Shown one piece after another: positions 8,072 through 17,886 of a stretch of DNA of 64,000 bases. Position numbers and translations under genes: made by a program. The DNA is taken from assembly GCA_001818495.1 (NCBI GenBank), contig MHKS01000005.1, forward strand, positions 180,188-244,187, given 5' to 3'. Within the stretch, counting starts at the first letter, position 1. Every line of letters starts with the position of its first letter. Source of the stretch: Candidatus Komeilibacteria bacterium RIFOXYD1_FULL_37_29. Its GTDB lineage: Bacteria; Patescibacteriota; Patescibacteriia; UBA1558; GWA2-36-10. Under the pieces are notes generated by a model. The model was not told the DNA's origin. It saw nothing but the letters and a program-made list of their open reading frames with translations, and did not search any database.

Positions 8072-8842
8072 ATGGCCAGAATAATTTCCATAGTTAATCA
8101 AAAAGGTGGGGTTGGAAAAACCACCACGTCTATCAATTTGGCGGCGTGGCTGGCGGCTTTTGGCAAAAGAGTTTTAATTATTGATATTGATCCGCAAGGC
8201 AACGCTTCTTCTGGTTTGGGCATTGATTACAAAAATCTCAGCAAGGGTATGTATGAGGTTTTGGTTGATCCCAATACTCGTATTAGTGAAGTGATCCGCT
8301 CTTATCAACCCAATTTTCATATTTTGCCTACTACGCCAGATTTGGCTGGTGCGGCTATAGATTTGGTAGAAACTAGCGATAGAGAATTTCAATTGGATAA
8401 ACAAATTAAAGAAATAGCTGATCTCTATGATTTTATCTTGATAGATAATCCGCCGTCTTTGGGACTTTTGACCATCAACGGACTGGTGGCATCCCGGGAA
8501 ATTATTATTCCAGTGCAGTGCGAGTATTATGCCTTGGAAGGATTGTCTCAACTTTTAAATACCATCAATTTAATCAAGGAGCATTTGCAGCCGGATCTAA
8601 ATATTTTAGGAGCAGTCATGACTATGTATGACAGCCGTAATAAATTGGCCAATGATGTTTTTAATGAATTATACCGATATTTTCCCGCCAAAATTTTTCG
8701 CAGCGTTATCCCTAGAAACATAAAAATTGCCGAGTCTCCATCGCACGGTTTACCGCTCAAAGATTATGCTCCCAACTCGGTTGGTTCCAATGCCTATAAA
8801 CGTTTGGCTCAAGAGGTGATGTTGGCTAAGTTAATTAATTAG
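8072..8842 (+). CDS. parA: Chromosome partitioning ATPase ParA/Soj
   Basis: NQKGGVGKTT, DIDPQGN, DNPPSLG, PVQCEYYALEG. Confidence 0.95.
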   Translation: MARIISIVNQKGGVGKTTTSINLAAWLAAFGKRVLIIDIDPQGNASSGLGIDYKNLSKGMYEVLVDPNTRISEVIRSYQPNFHILPTTPDLAGAAIDLVETSDREFQLDKQIKEIADLYDFILIDNPPSLGLLTINGLVASREIIIPVQCEYYALEGLSQLLNTINLIKEHLQPDLNILGAVMTMYDSRNKLANDVFNELYRYFPAKIFRSVIPRNIKIAESPSHGLPLKDYAPNSVGSNAYKRLAQEVMLAKLIN

Positions 8843-8871
8843 AGGGTATTAGTAAAGATAAAAATAAAATT

Positions 8872-9726
8872 ATGTCAGCATTAGGCAAAGGACTAGGAGC
8901 CCTTATTCCCACTAAAAAATTATCTGACCACGGCTCAGTAGCTAGTGGAGGTTTTGACGGTAAAAAAATAGATTACGTTTCTATAAAAGATGTTAGCTCC
9001 AATCCTTGGCAACCTCGTACACATTTTGATAAAGATAAATTGGACGAACTAGCTCAATCTATTAAACAGCACGGGATTTTACAGCCACTAGTAGTATCTA
9101 AAGAAGGTAATCGTTATCAACTAATAGCTGGAGAAAGACGTCTTAAAGCAGCCGAGATTTTGGGACTGGCCGAAGTGCCGGTTATCATCAAGGAAGTTAG
9201 CGATCGAGATAAATTGGAATTGGCTATTGTAGAAAATATTCAACGCCGTGATCTAAATCCACTAGAGACTGCCAATAGTTATAAAAAATTGGCTGAAGAA
9301 TTTGGCCTGAGCACCGAAGCGATAGCCGAGCAAGTGGGCAAAGGAGTTTCTACTGTGGCCAATTTTTTGAGATTATTGAAATTGCCAGTACTTATCAAAG
9401 AAGCGATTGCCAAAGGGGAAATTACCATGTCTCATGCCAAGATTATTCTTTCTTATCAGACCAAAGAAGAGCAAATTAGTGCTTTTAAGCAGATTTTGAA
9501 AAATGATATGACGGTGACGGATTTACAAAAGATGCAGAAAAAATTTGCTGCCAAAGAAAATCGTGATAAACCACGTGATCCGGTTTTGGCCTCCTGGGAG
9601 GATAAGCTGACCAAAAATATTGGGGCTAAAGTAAAAATTCAAAAAAGAGGTGAAAGAGGTTTTATAAAAATTGATTTTTACTCTCACGCCGAATTAAAAA
9701 ATATTTTGGATAGACTAGAAAAATAA
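8872..9726 (+). CDS. parB: Chromosome partitioning protein ParB/Spo0J
   Basis: LGKGLGAL, NPWQPR, GILQP, AGERRLKA, ENIQRRDLNP. Confidence 0.95.
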   Translation: MSALGKGLGALIPTKKLSDHGSVASGGFDGKKIDYVSIKDVSSNPWQPRTHFDKDKLDELAQSIKQHGILQPLVVSKEGNRYQLIAGERRLKAAEILGLAEVPVIIKEVSDRDKLELAIVENIQRRDLNPLETANSYKKLAEEFGLSTEAIAEQVGKGVSTVANFLRLLKLPVLIKEAIAKGEITMSHAKIILSYQTKEEQISAFKQILKNDMTVTDLQKMQKKFAAKENRDKPRDPVLASWEDKLTKNIGAKVKIQKRGERGFIKIDFYSHAELKNILDRLEK

Positions 9727-9732
9727 TAGTTA

Positions 9733-9775
9733 ATAAAAAATAGTCCAGAGCTTGTACCAGGGGACTATTTTTTAT
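9733..9775. terminator. Bidirectional terminator-like hairpin between parB and rel
   Basis: ATAAAAAATAGTCC ... GGACTATTTTTTAT, 14-bp arms. Confidence 0.65.
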
Positions 9776-11195
9776 TTAATTGGGATCTTATTTTGTTTTT
9801 GGCCATATTGGTGGCTACCATATGGAGCCAATCAGCATTGGGCTGTTTTCTATTTTTGTCGGTGATTATTTCTACCACATCTCCAGATTTTAATTTGGTT
9901 TCCAAAGAAGTCATTTGGTTATTGATTTTAGCGCCGACACATTTGCTACCGATATCAGAGTGGATATAGTAGGCAAAATCCAGCGGAGTAGCGTTTTCCG
10001 GCAATTCTACCACATCGCCTTTGGGAGTAAAGACAAATATTTGATCCAAAAATAAATCATTTTTGATGTGTTTTATAAATTCAGTGTTATCAGTAATGGT
10101 TTTTTGTATTTCCATCAGATGGTCTAGCCATTTGAGCTGTTTTTTACCTTTACCCAGCATGCCGACTTCTTTATATTTACTATGGGCGGCTACACCATAT
10201 TCTGCTTCTTCATCCATCTCCACGGTTCGGATTTGGATTTCCACTATTTTGCTAAAATCAGTAAAAACAGAAGTATGCAGTGATTTATAACCATTGGGTT
10301 TGGGCTGAGCAATATAATCTTTGACCCGGCCTTTTAAGGGCGTCCATTTTTTGTGGAGTATGCCCATAGCGCTGTAGCAGTCAGCTACTTCTTTTAAGAC
10401 AATTCTTAGAGCAATTAGATCGTATATTTTATTGACGTCTTTTCCTTTGCGTAATAATTTTTTATATAAACTATAAATACCCTTGACTCGACCACGGATA
10501 CTATTGATTTCAATATTGTGTTTAGTCAATTCTTTTTGTGTTAGTTTTTTGATTTCTTCTATATATTTTGCTTCTGATTTCAACCTGTCGGCTATCAGAC
10601 TCATAGTCCATTTGTATTCTTCGGGGTAGACATAAGGAAAGGCTAGGTCTTCCAATTGATTTTTAATGCGAAACATTCCCAGGCGATTGGCTAAGGGAGC
10701 ATAAATTTCTAAAGTTTCTTGAGCAATACGTAATCTTTTTTCTGGACGGACACCGTCTAGGGTTTCCATATTATGGATGCGGTCGGCTAGTTTGATAATA
10801 ATAACTCGCAGATCCTGGCTCATAGCTAAAAACATTTTTCTCAAGTTTTCAGCATATCTTTCCATGCCGCGGTATTTTAAAGTACCTAGTTTAGTAACCC
10901 CTTTGACCAAGTTGTGAATTTCGGAGCCAAAATTACTTTTTAAATCTTCAAAAGTAAAATCAGTGTCTTCCGGCACGTCATGTAAAAGACCAGCGGCGAT
11001 AGAAGCAATGTCCATTTTCATTTGAGCCAGATTATAGGCGGTAGCTATAGCGTGATAAATATAATCTTCTCCCGTTCTTCTTTTTTGTCCTTTATGGGCT
11101 TCCGAAGCAAAATGAAAAGCTTTGACAATCAATTTGACGTCTTCTTCACGATAATTAAGGGTTAGTATTTTTTTTAAATCTTCAAATGTTAGCAT
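9765..11195 (-). CDS. RelA/SpoT family (p)ppGpp synthetase/hydrolase (HD + SYNTH + TGS, no ACT domain)
   Basis: LLHDVPED, KLADRIHNM, KPNGYKSLH, EIQIRT, FTPKG...TPLDFAY. Confidence 0.93.
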   Translation of the reverse strand: MLTFEDLKKILTLNYREEDVKLIVKAFHFASEAHKGQKRRTGEDYIYHAIATAYNLAQMKMDIASIAAGLLHDVPEDTDFTFEDLKSNFGSEIHNLVKGVTKLGTLKYRGMERYAENLRKMFLAMSQDLRVIIIKLADRIHNMETLDGVRPEKRLRIAQETLEIYAPLANRLGMFRIKNQLEDLAFPYVYPEEYKWTMSLIADRLKSEAKYIEEIKKLTQKELTKHNIEINSIRGRVKGIYSLYKKLLRKGKDVNKIYDLIALRIVLKEVADCYSAMGILHKKWTPLKGRVKDYIAQPKPNGYKSLHTSVFTDFSKIVEIQIRTVEMDEEAEYGVAAHSKYKEVGMLGKGKKQLKWLDHLMEIQKTITDNTEFIKHIKNDLFLDQIFVFTPKGDVVELPENATPLDFAYYIHSDIGSKCVGAKINNQMTSLETKLKSGDVVEIITDKNRKQPNADWLHMVATNMAKNKIRSQLNKK

Positions 11196-11254
11196 AATCT
11201 GTAGGATACATTATTTATAGTAATATTTAGTAAGTAAAATAGCAAGAGTCAAAT

Positions 11255-11280
11255 AAAAAATCCCCGTAGGGGGATTTTTT
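11255..11280 (-). terminator. Intrinsic terminator after topA
   Basis: AAAAAATCCCC-gtag-GGGGATTTTTT. Confidence 0.8.
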
Positions 11281-11282
11281 GA

Positions 11283-13484
11283 TTAAGATTTTTCGCTATA
11301 TTCGCAATCTTCGCACTTGATCGTAGATTTGTTGGCTTGGTAAAGTAGTTTGCTACACTCAGGACATTTATTGCCGGTTGGCTTGCCCCAGAGTAAGTGT
11401 TCACATTTGGGGTAGTTATTACAACCGTAAAATATCTTACCTTTTTTACTACGTTTGGCAACCATTTCACCGGTTTCGCACAAGCCACATTTTACGCCAG
11501 TACCCTGGCTTTTGTTTTTGGTAGTTTTACATTTAGGATAATCACTGCAAGCAATAAATTTTCCAAAACGGCCGGTTTTTACAATCATGGATTTACCACA
11601 GCTGGGACAAAGTTCATCTATTTTTTCCACTTCTTCAGCTTTGCCGTCTTCACCAATAGGTTTGGTGTTTTTGCATTCGGGATAATTGGAACAGGCCATA
11701 AATTTTCCAAAGCGGCCCAGTTTGATAACCATCGCACTACCACACTTATCGCATTTTTCATCAGTGGCGGTTTCAGTCAACTCTTTTTTGTCTAATTCTT
11801 TTTCTTTGAGCATAAGGTTTTTTTCAAAGGGTTTATAAAAATTTGCTATAATCGGTTGCCACTGCTTTTTACCCTCAGCTATTTCATCCAAATCATTTTC
11901 CATCTGAGCAGTGAAGTCATAAGAGACTATATCAGGAAAGTGTTCGGTCAGCAATTTATTGACTATTTCAGCAATCTCAGTTGGAGCCAAGCGTTTTTCT
12001 TCTTTAGTGACATATTGGCGCTCAATAATAGTGGCAATAGTTGGGGCGTAAGTAGATGGCCGACCAATACCCAAAGCTTCCAAAGCTTTGACTAGTCCAG
12101 CTTCTGAATAACGAGCCGGAGGAGTAGTAAAGTGTTCTAGCGCGTCAAGACTAGCTAGCTCTAGGGTATCGCCAGTAGTGATATTTGGCAATTCATTTTC
12201 GTCGCCGTTGTTTTTGTAAATAGCTTTCCAGCCAGCAAATTTGGTGACAGTACCGACGGCTTTTAATTCCCACGCAGTATCAACGGATTTGATTAATGCT
12301 GTAGTAGTTTCAGTAATAGCATCAGACATTTGTGAAGCTACAGCTCTTTGCCAAATCAAGGTATAAATTTTTAATTGTTTAGGATCAAGATAATCTTTGA
12401 CCGATTCTGGGTCATTATAAACCTCAGTTGGTCGGATAGCCTCATGAGCCTCTTGAGTAAATTTGGTTTTCTTTTTAAAATTTCGTCCGCCAGCCATGAT
12501 AAATTCTGTACCCAATTTTTCACTGACATAAGTATTGGCCGCTTCTTTGAAACTATCAGACAAATTTAAGGAGTCGGTTCTCATATAAGTAATCAAACCG
12601 TGACTACCTTTGGTACCTAATTTAATACCTTCGTAAAGCTGTTGGGCAAGAACCATAGTTTGTTTGGCACTATAGCCAAAACGACGATTGGCATCTTGTT
12701 GTAAAGTAGAAGTAGTAAAAGGTGGCAGAGGAGATTTTTTATTTTCAGTGGCTTTGACATCAGCAATTACTAAGCGGTGCGCTTTTATTTCTTCTAAAGC
12801 TTTTTTCGCTCTACTTTCATCAAGATCAAATTTTTTTAAAATATCATCTTTTTCTTTGTAAAGAAAAATATTGAATTTATCGGAGTCTTTTTTAAAAGCC
12901 TGTCCTTCCACTGTCCAGTACTCTTCGGTTTTAAATTTTCTTCGTTCTTCTTCACGCTCCACTATCAATCTGACGGCGACCGATTGGACGCGTCCAGCGG
13001 ACAAGCCGCGAGTAACTTTTTTCCAAAGCAGTGGTGACAGTTTATAGCCGACCAGACGATCTAAGATGCGACGGGCCTGTTGGGCATGGAAAAGATTGAT
13101 GTCCAATTTACGAGGATTATTTAAAGCTTCCAAAATAGCCTTTTTGGTTATTTCATGAAAAGCAATTCTTTTTTGTTTGCTGGTTGGCACATCCAATAGT
13201 TTTTGTAAGTGCCAGGAAATAGCTTCTCCTTCGCGGTCTTCATCAGTAGCGAAATAGACCATCTCAGCGTCTTCGGCTAATTTTTTTAGTTTGCTGACTT
13301 GCTTTTTGGCTTTCAACGGGACGGTATAGGTTGGCTCAAAATTATTTTCTACATCAACACCCAATTTGCTTTTTGGCAAATCTCTAACATGGCCGAAAGA
13401 TGATTCGACTACATACTCTTTACCCAAGAAACCTTTGATGGTTTTGGCCTTGGTTGGTGACTCGACGATGACTAATTTAGGCAT
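11283..13484 (-). CDS. topA: DNA topoisomerase I
   Basis: VESPTKA, DEDREGE, GRVQS, ITYMRTD, C-terminal Zn ribbons. Confidence 0.97.
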   Translation of the reverse strand: MPKLVIVESPTKAKTIKGFLGKEYVVESSFGHVRDLPKSKLGVDVENNFEPTYTVPLKAKKQVSKLKKLAEDAEMVYFATDEDREGEAISWHLQKLLDVPTSKQKRIAFHEITKKAILEALNNPRKLDINLFHAQQARRILDRLVGYKLSPLLWKKVTRGLSAGRVQSVAVRLIVEREEERRKFKTEEYWTVEGQAFKKDSDKFNIFLYKEKDDILKKFDLDESRAKKALEEIKAHRLVIADVKATENKKSPLPPFTTSTLQQDANRRFGYSAKQTMVLAQQLYEGIKLGTKGSHGLITYMRTDSLNLSDSFKEAANTYVSEKLGTEFIMAGGRNFKKKTKFTQEAHEAIRPTEVYNDPESVKDYLDPKQLKIYTLIWQRAVASQMSDAITETTTALIKSVDTAWELKAVGTVTKFAGWKAIYKNNGDENELPNITTGDTLELASLDALEHFTTPPARYSEAGLVKALEALGIGRPSTYAPTIATIIERQYVTKEEKRLAPTEIAEIVNKLLTEHFPDIVSYDFTAQMENDLDEIAEGKKQWQPIIANFYKPFEKNLMLKEKELDKKELTETATDEKCDKCGSAMVIKLGRFGKFMACSNYPECKNTKPIGEDGKAEEVEKIDELCPSCGKSMIVKTGRFGKFIACSDYPKCKTTKNKSQGTGVKCGLCETGEMVAKRSKKGKIFYGCNNYPKCEHLLWGKPTGNKCPECSKLLYQANKSTIKCEDCEYSEKS

Positions 13485-13532
13485 AATATAGGTATTTTAA
13501 TTTTTTACGCAGCTTGGACTATAAAAGAACGC

Positions 13533-14840
13533 TCATCTTTTGTCAAGTTTTCTGTTTTTGACTATGTATTCCTCAGAGATCCATTTTTTCCTCAGTTCAC
13601 CAGCTAAAAAGAATGAGCCGGTGATTAGTATGAGGTCATTTTTTGTAGCTTTTTTAAAAGCCGCAGTAAAAGCTTGATAGGGATCATTGTAGACAGAGAT
13701 TGGTAGTTGATGGTTTATTTTTCGGCTGTCTTGATAAAGTTTTCTCAAATCAGCACTTCTTTTGGCCACTATTAAATATCTGGTTAGATAAACATAATTA
13801 GATATTTTTAACAACTTTTTAAGAGCAATTTTATAATTTTTGTGATAGCCAAAGCCCAAGATCAAATGGAGGTGGCGATATTTTTGCTGACCAATAAATT
13901 TTAATAGATTATCCAGTTTGTCTTTATTGTGGGAACCGTCTAGTACTACGGTGGGTTTTTTTCTAATAATTTCTTGTCGACAGATTAAACCAAAATTATT
14001 AATAATCTTTAGAGTGTCTGGTGGCGATATTTTGAGGACGCTTAATATATTTAAGGTCAGATTTAAATTTTCTAATTGTTTGGGAGTTTTAAAATAGCCC
14101 CCTTTGACTGGATAATTTTTAGCCAAATTTTCTAAAGGTATAAACCAAGCTTGCTGTTTTTTACAAACCCCTTCAAAGATTTTTAAAAGTTTTTTATTTT
14201 TCTCACTACTTAAAAATAAACTGTTTTTTTTGATAATACCGGCTTTGTCACGAGCAATTTTTTCTTTGGTATTGCCTAGTATCTCGGTATGGTCTAGTCC
14301 GATATTGGTAATGGCTGTTACTTTTGGACTCACTATCACATTGGTAGCGTCATGCTGTCCACCTAGTCCAGCTTCCAGTATCACCCAGTCACATTTTTGC
14401 TCTTGAAAGTACAAAAGGGCAATAGCCAGCCAGGTTTCAAAATAAGATATGGGGTCTTGGGGAAAGGTTAATAAATATTTATCAAGATTTGGTTTGATTT
14501 TTTCCTTGAGTATTTTATGAAGGCTGACGGCAGAAATCAATTTATCGCCGATACTTATTTTTTCTAGGCTGGTGGTCGCAAAAGGGGAGGTATAGGAGCC
14601 GGTTTTTAATCCAGCGTTATTCATTAACCGTTCTAGCATTTTGACACTCGTGCCTTTGCCACTGGTGCCGGCTATATGGATAAATTTTAATTTTTTCTCC
14701 GGACTACCAACTAAGGACAGAAATTTTCTCATTCTATTAATATAAATACTCCTGTCACCTTGACCCAACATATAATTTTGTCTGGGGATGTTGGACAGAC
14801 TTTCCAAAAAATTTATATCATCTTGATATTTAGCAAACAT
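13533..14840 (-). CDS. folC: FolC-like folylpolyglutamate synthase (Mur ligase fold)
   Basis: IHIAGTSGKG, LEAGLGGQHDATN, GLDHTEILG, KAGIIK, LDGSHN, TGSFFLAGE. Confidence 0.85.
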   Translation of the reverse strand: MFAKYQDDINFLESLSNIPRQNYMLGQGDRSIYINRMRKFLSLVGSPEKKLKFIHIAGTSGKGTSVKMLERLMNNAGLKTGSYTSPFATTSLEKISIGDKLISAVSLHKILKEKIKPNLDKYLLTFPQDPISYFETWLAIALLYFQEQKCDWVILEAGLGGQHDATNVIVSPKVTAITNIGLDHTEILGNTKEKIARDKAGIIKKNSLFLSSEKNKKLLKIFEGVCKKQQAWFIPLENLAKNYPVKGGYFKTPKQLENLNLTLNILSVLKISPPDTLKIINNFGLICRQEIIRKKPTVVLDGSHNKDKLDNLLKFIGQQKYRHLHLILGFGYHKNYKIALKKLLKISNYVYLTRYLIVAKRSADLRKLYQDSRKINHQLPISVYNDPYQAFTAAFKKATKNDLILITGSFFLAGELRKKWISEEYIVKNRKLDKR

Positions 14841-14860
14841 AATTTAATTGTAGCACTACT

Positions 14861-15502
14861 TTATTTTTTTAACCATTTAACTCCTGCGTAACAAAAAGGT
14901 GTATCAATTAAAGCTAAAATTACTTTTAGTATATAGTAGGGGACAATTAATTCCCAAATAAATGCGGCAGTAAATTGGGGGGTCATATGGTAGAAGGCTA
15001 TAAACATAAAGATTACAGTATCAATAAATTGACTGACAATGGTTGAAAAATTATTTCTTAACCAAAGCCAGTGGCCATGTGTTTTTCTTTTCCAAAATTC
15101 AAAAGCCCAAATATCATGAAATTGGCTTAGTATAAAGGCTATAATAGAAGCTATAAATATACGGGAACTGCTGGAAAAAATGGTAGTGAAAGCTCCATTG
15201 GTCTGGGAGAAGCGGTCGGCTGGTTCAGCTATGATACTTAATTTTATAAATAAAAAGCTAAATATTAGAATTAAGACGGTAGACCAAATAAGACTGGATA
15301 CGAATTTTTTACCCTTGACTTCAGCCAATATGTCAGTAATCAAAAAAGATATCGGCACTAGCCAAATACCCACAGAGGTAGATACTGGGCCAATGTTAAC
15401 AATTTTTATACCCAGTATATTGGCCAGTAGCATTACAGTTACAAAGAGTATTTGTAGGAAAAGTATTTTATTATCTTGAGTGATATTAAATATATTTTTC
15501 AT
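14861..15502 (-). CDS. yhhQ: Queuosine precursor transporter (YhhQ/DUF165)
   Basis: FLITDILAEVKG, SQFHD, WLRNNFSTIVSQFIDT, DTPF. Confidence 0.9.
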   Translation of the reverse strand: MKNIFNITQDNKILFLQILFVTVMLLANILGIKIVNIGPVSTSVGIWLVPISFLITDILAEVKGKKFVSSLIWSTVLILIFSFLFIKLSIIAEPADRFSQTNGAFTTIFSSSSRIFIASIIAFILSQFHDIWAFEFWKRKTHGHWLWLRNNFSTIVSQFIDTVIFMFIAFYHMTPQFTAAFIWELIVPYYILKVILALIDTPFCYAGVKWLKK

Positions 15503-16578
15503 AGTATTTCTAGTTGATTAAAATAATTAGATTTGATTAGACCAGCTATTTCCATTTCGGAAATAAAGATGTTTAGTTGAGCTAAGGGCAGGTCTAAGCG
15601 AGCGGACAAATCAACTAGGTTCATAGATTCTGTCTGTAATAAAGTGTAGATTTTAGCATGATATTTGTTTTTAAATAAGATTTTTTTAGCGGAACAATTT
15701 TTTTCTAAATTGTATATTTTGAAGATATCTTTGGCTGAGTCTAAAAGAGTAGCACCTTCTTTGATTAATTTATTTGGTCCATAGCTTAGCCGCATATTGA
15801 TATTGGCTGGTAAGGCCAAAACTTCTCGTCCTTCGTCTAAGGCTACTTGAGCAGTTATTAGGGTGCCAGATTTTTCAGCACCAGATATCACCAGAGTGGC
15901 TTTGGACAAACCAGCTAGTATGCGGTTTCTTTTGGGAAAGTGGTAGAGCTGGGTTTGGACTTTGGCACTTTGTTCGGAAATAATCAGGCCGCCATTTTGA
16001 ATTATTTCTGTAGCTAGGCCAACATTTTCCTGAGGGTATAATCTATCTTTACTTAAACCTGATCCTAAAACAGCGATGGTTTTTAAATTATTTTCCAAGG
16101 CCTTTTTATGGCAGAGTGTATCAATGCCAATAGCTAGACCACTGACGATGATTAGCGGAGTATTTTTTAAATCTTGAAATATATTATGGACGCAATTTCT
16201 GTGATAATCAGTGCTGGTCCGGGAACCAACAACTGTCAGTAGGTAGTCATTTTTTAAAAGAGCGATAGCTCCTCGATAGAATAAAAATAATGGAGGATCG
16301 TAAATGTTTTTTAAATTCGGTGGGTAGAGAGGATCCAGTATGGTGATATAATCTTCACAAAGATCAGTAAAAGATTTTTTTACGGCCGAGATAAAATTTT
16401 TATCTCTCAGCTGCTCGCTAACAGTATTATTAAACAACCCAGAGCCAGTCAGAGCTTGACGGTAAAGATCTTGTGGGGAGCCACATTTTTTTAACAATGA
16501 AATTATGGTGTTTGACCCTAGCCCCTTTACTTGAGAAAATAAAAATAAATAAAAACTATTTGCAAAATCGCTTTTCAT
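15499..16578 (-). CDS. dprA: DNA-processing protein DprA
   Basis: YPPNLKNIYDPP, VVGSR, SGLAIGID, FPKRNRILAGLS, SGTLITA; start is ATG 16578 or TTG 16599. Confidence 0.95.
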   Translation of the reverse strand: MKSDFANSFYLFLFSQVKGLGSNTIISLLKKCGSPQDLYRQALTGSGLFNNTVSEQLRDKNFISAVKKSFTDLCEDYITILDPLYPPNLKNIYDPPLFLFYRGAIALLKNDYLLTVVGSRTSTDYHRNCVHNIFQDLKNTPLIIVSGLAIGIDTLCHKKALENNLKTIAVLGSGLSKDRLYPQENVGLATEIIQNGGLIISEQSAKVQTQLYHFPKRNRILAGLSKATLVISGAEKSGTLITAQVALDEGREVLALPANINMRLSYGPNKLIKEGATLLDSAKDIFKIYNLEKNCSAKKILFKNKYHAKIYTLLQTESMNLVDLSARLDLPLAQLNIFISEMEIAGLIKSNYFNQLEIL

Positions 16579-16707
16579 AGGCTTTTCTTTTATATTCAAC
16601 TGTTCATTATGATAGTATATGTTTTTAATTTTGTAAAATTAAGAGACTTTACTTTATGAAAATTAATTGTTACTATTTATATAGTAATAAAAAATAATTT
16701 TTAGACT

Positions 16708-17271
16708 ATGGCTATAAAAAAAATCACTAGCTCAGCTCGAGCTTTAAAAAACCCAGACTCTATCGGACTAAAATCCGAAAATAACGGAAATGATAGTTCT
16801 TTGATGGAATTTGAGCAATTTGTATCCAATAAGCCCCAAAACAGTCGCGGCAAATCATGGTTAGCTATTACTTTGATTGTGGTCGTACTGTTACTAGCCA
16901 CTGTTTGGCTTGTGATGTCTCGGGCTCAAACAATGGAAAAGAGCGGTAAATTTCAAGCTATTTATTTGGAAAATGGACAGACTTATTATGCCAAAGTGGC
17001 CAAAGAAGACGCTTTGAATATTTATTTGAGTGATGTCTATTATATTCAAATTGAACAGCAAACAGTCCAGCCAGCAGAGGGAGCAGAGGAAGGGGCTGAA
17101 CCACAAGTAGTAGAAGTACCAGTTTTGATTAAACGCGGGGAGGAGTTACACAAACCGCAAGGTTTGATGCAGATTAATCGATCAAAATTGGTAGCCATTG
17201 AAGAGATTGGAGCAGATTCAGAAATACTCAAAGAAATTGACAGAATTAATCAGCCACAGCCACAACAATAA
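16708..17271 (+). CDS. Single-TM conserved hypothetical protein
   Basis: TM followed by FQAIYLENGQTYY...LSDVYYIQ...LIKRGEELHKP. Confidence 0.75.
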   Translation: MAIKKITSSARALKNPDSIGLKSENNGNDSSLMEFEQFVSNKPQNSRGKSWLAITLIVVVLLLATVWLVMSRAQTMEKSGKFQAIYLENGQTYYAKVAKEDALNIYLSDVYYIQIEQQTVQPAEGAEEGAEPQVVEVPVLIKRGEELHKPQGLMQINRSKLVAIEEIGADSEILKEIDRINQPQPQQ

Positions 17272-17288
17272 TTTAGCGCGTAAGTTAT

Positions 17289-17323
17289 AACCACCACCCT
17301 TCGCCTTCGGGTGGTGGTTTTTT
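17289..17323 (+). terminator. Intrinsic terminator
   Basis: AACCACCACCC-loop-GGGTGGTGGTT followed by a T-tract. Confidence 0.8.
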
Positions 17324-17355
17324 ATTTAGCACAACTATAAAGTGTTTATAATTAC

Positions 17356-17384
17356 TTTACACTTCTTACTTTATGGTTTATAAT
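17356..17384 (+). promoter_or_regulatory. Sigma70 promoter for the MerR-like gene
   Basis: TTTACA-N17-TATAAT. Confidence 0.55.
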
Positions 17385-17396
17385 ATAGACACCTTT

Positions 17397-17636
17397 ATGT
17401 CAAAGAGGAACAGTGATGCTGGATTGATAAAAATCGGAGAACTAGCCAAAATGTTCTCGGTTTTGCCATCCACTATAAATTTTTATACCCGTGAAGGTTT
17501 GATCAAAGCCGCTGGACGCTCGCAAGGTGGTTATCGTCTTTATGATCCGACCAAAACTATGGCGGTATTGAAAAAAATAGAAGAATTACAGATCAGAAAA
17601 AGATACACCATAGAGGAAATCAAAAAGTTGTTATAA
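17397..17636 (+). CDS. MerR-family HTH-only regulator
   Basis: IKIGELAK...STINFYTREGLI...GGYRLY. Confidence 0.85.
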   Translation: MSKRNSDAGLIKIGELAKMFSVLPSTINFYTREGLIKAAGRSQGGYRLYDPTKTMAVLKKIEELQIRKRYTIEEIKKLL

Positions 17637-17638
17637 AC

Positions 17639-17677
17639 CTCTTAGGCCTTTTTTCATGCTTAAAGGCCTAAGAGTTT
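17639..17677 (+). terminator. Hairpin/terminator after the MerR gene
   Basis: CTCTTAGGCCTTT ... AAAGGCCTAAGAG, 13-bp arms. Confidence 0.6.
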
Positions 17678-17702
17678 ATATATTAGTAATATAAAATTAC
17701 CT

Positions 17703-17828
17703 ATGAAAAAAAGATTAGACAAAGTTTTTTGCTTACCGACCGGTCAACAGAGCAAAGTTTATCGGGCGAGGTGTGCTAAAAAGAAAAAGCAGAATTGGTG
17801 GCAATATCTTTATTCTTTGTTTTTCTAG
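17703..17828 (+). CDS. Possible 41-aa small protein
   Basis: ATG..TAG ORF MKKRLDKVFCLPTGQQSKVYRARCAKKKKQNWWQYLYSLFF fills the gap before ileS. Confidence 0.35.
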   Translation: MKKRLDKVFCLPTGQQSKVYRARCAKKKKQNWWQYLYSLFF

Positions 17829-17886
17829 AAATATTGTCAAAATAGGCTTTTTCGGTTAGAATAAGCAAACTGAGTAAGATTATAAA

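Noticed and set aside
8036-9775. parS site or replication origin near parAB
   Set aside because: No TGTTTCACGTGAAACA-like site or DnaA-box cluster seen.
17640-17886. T-box leader upstream of ileS
   Set aside because: TTGGTGGCAA resembles but does not match the GGTGGnACCGCG T-box core, and no stem I or terminator arrangement is evident.
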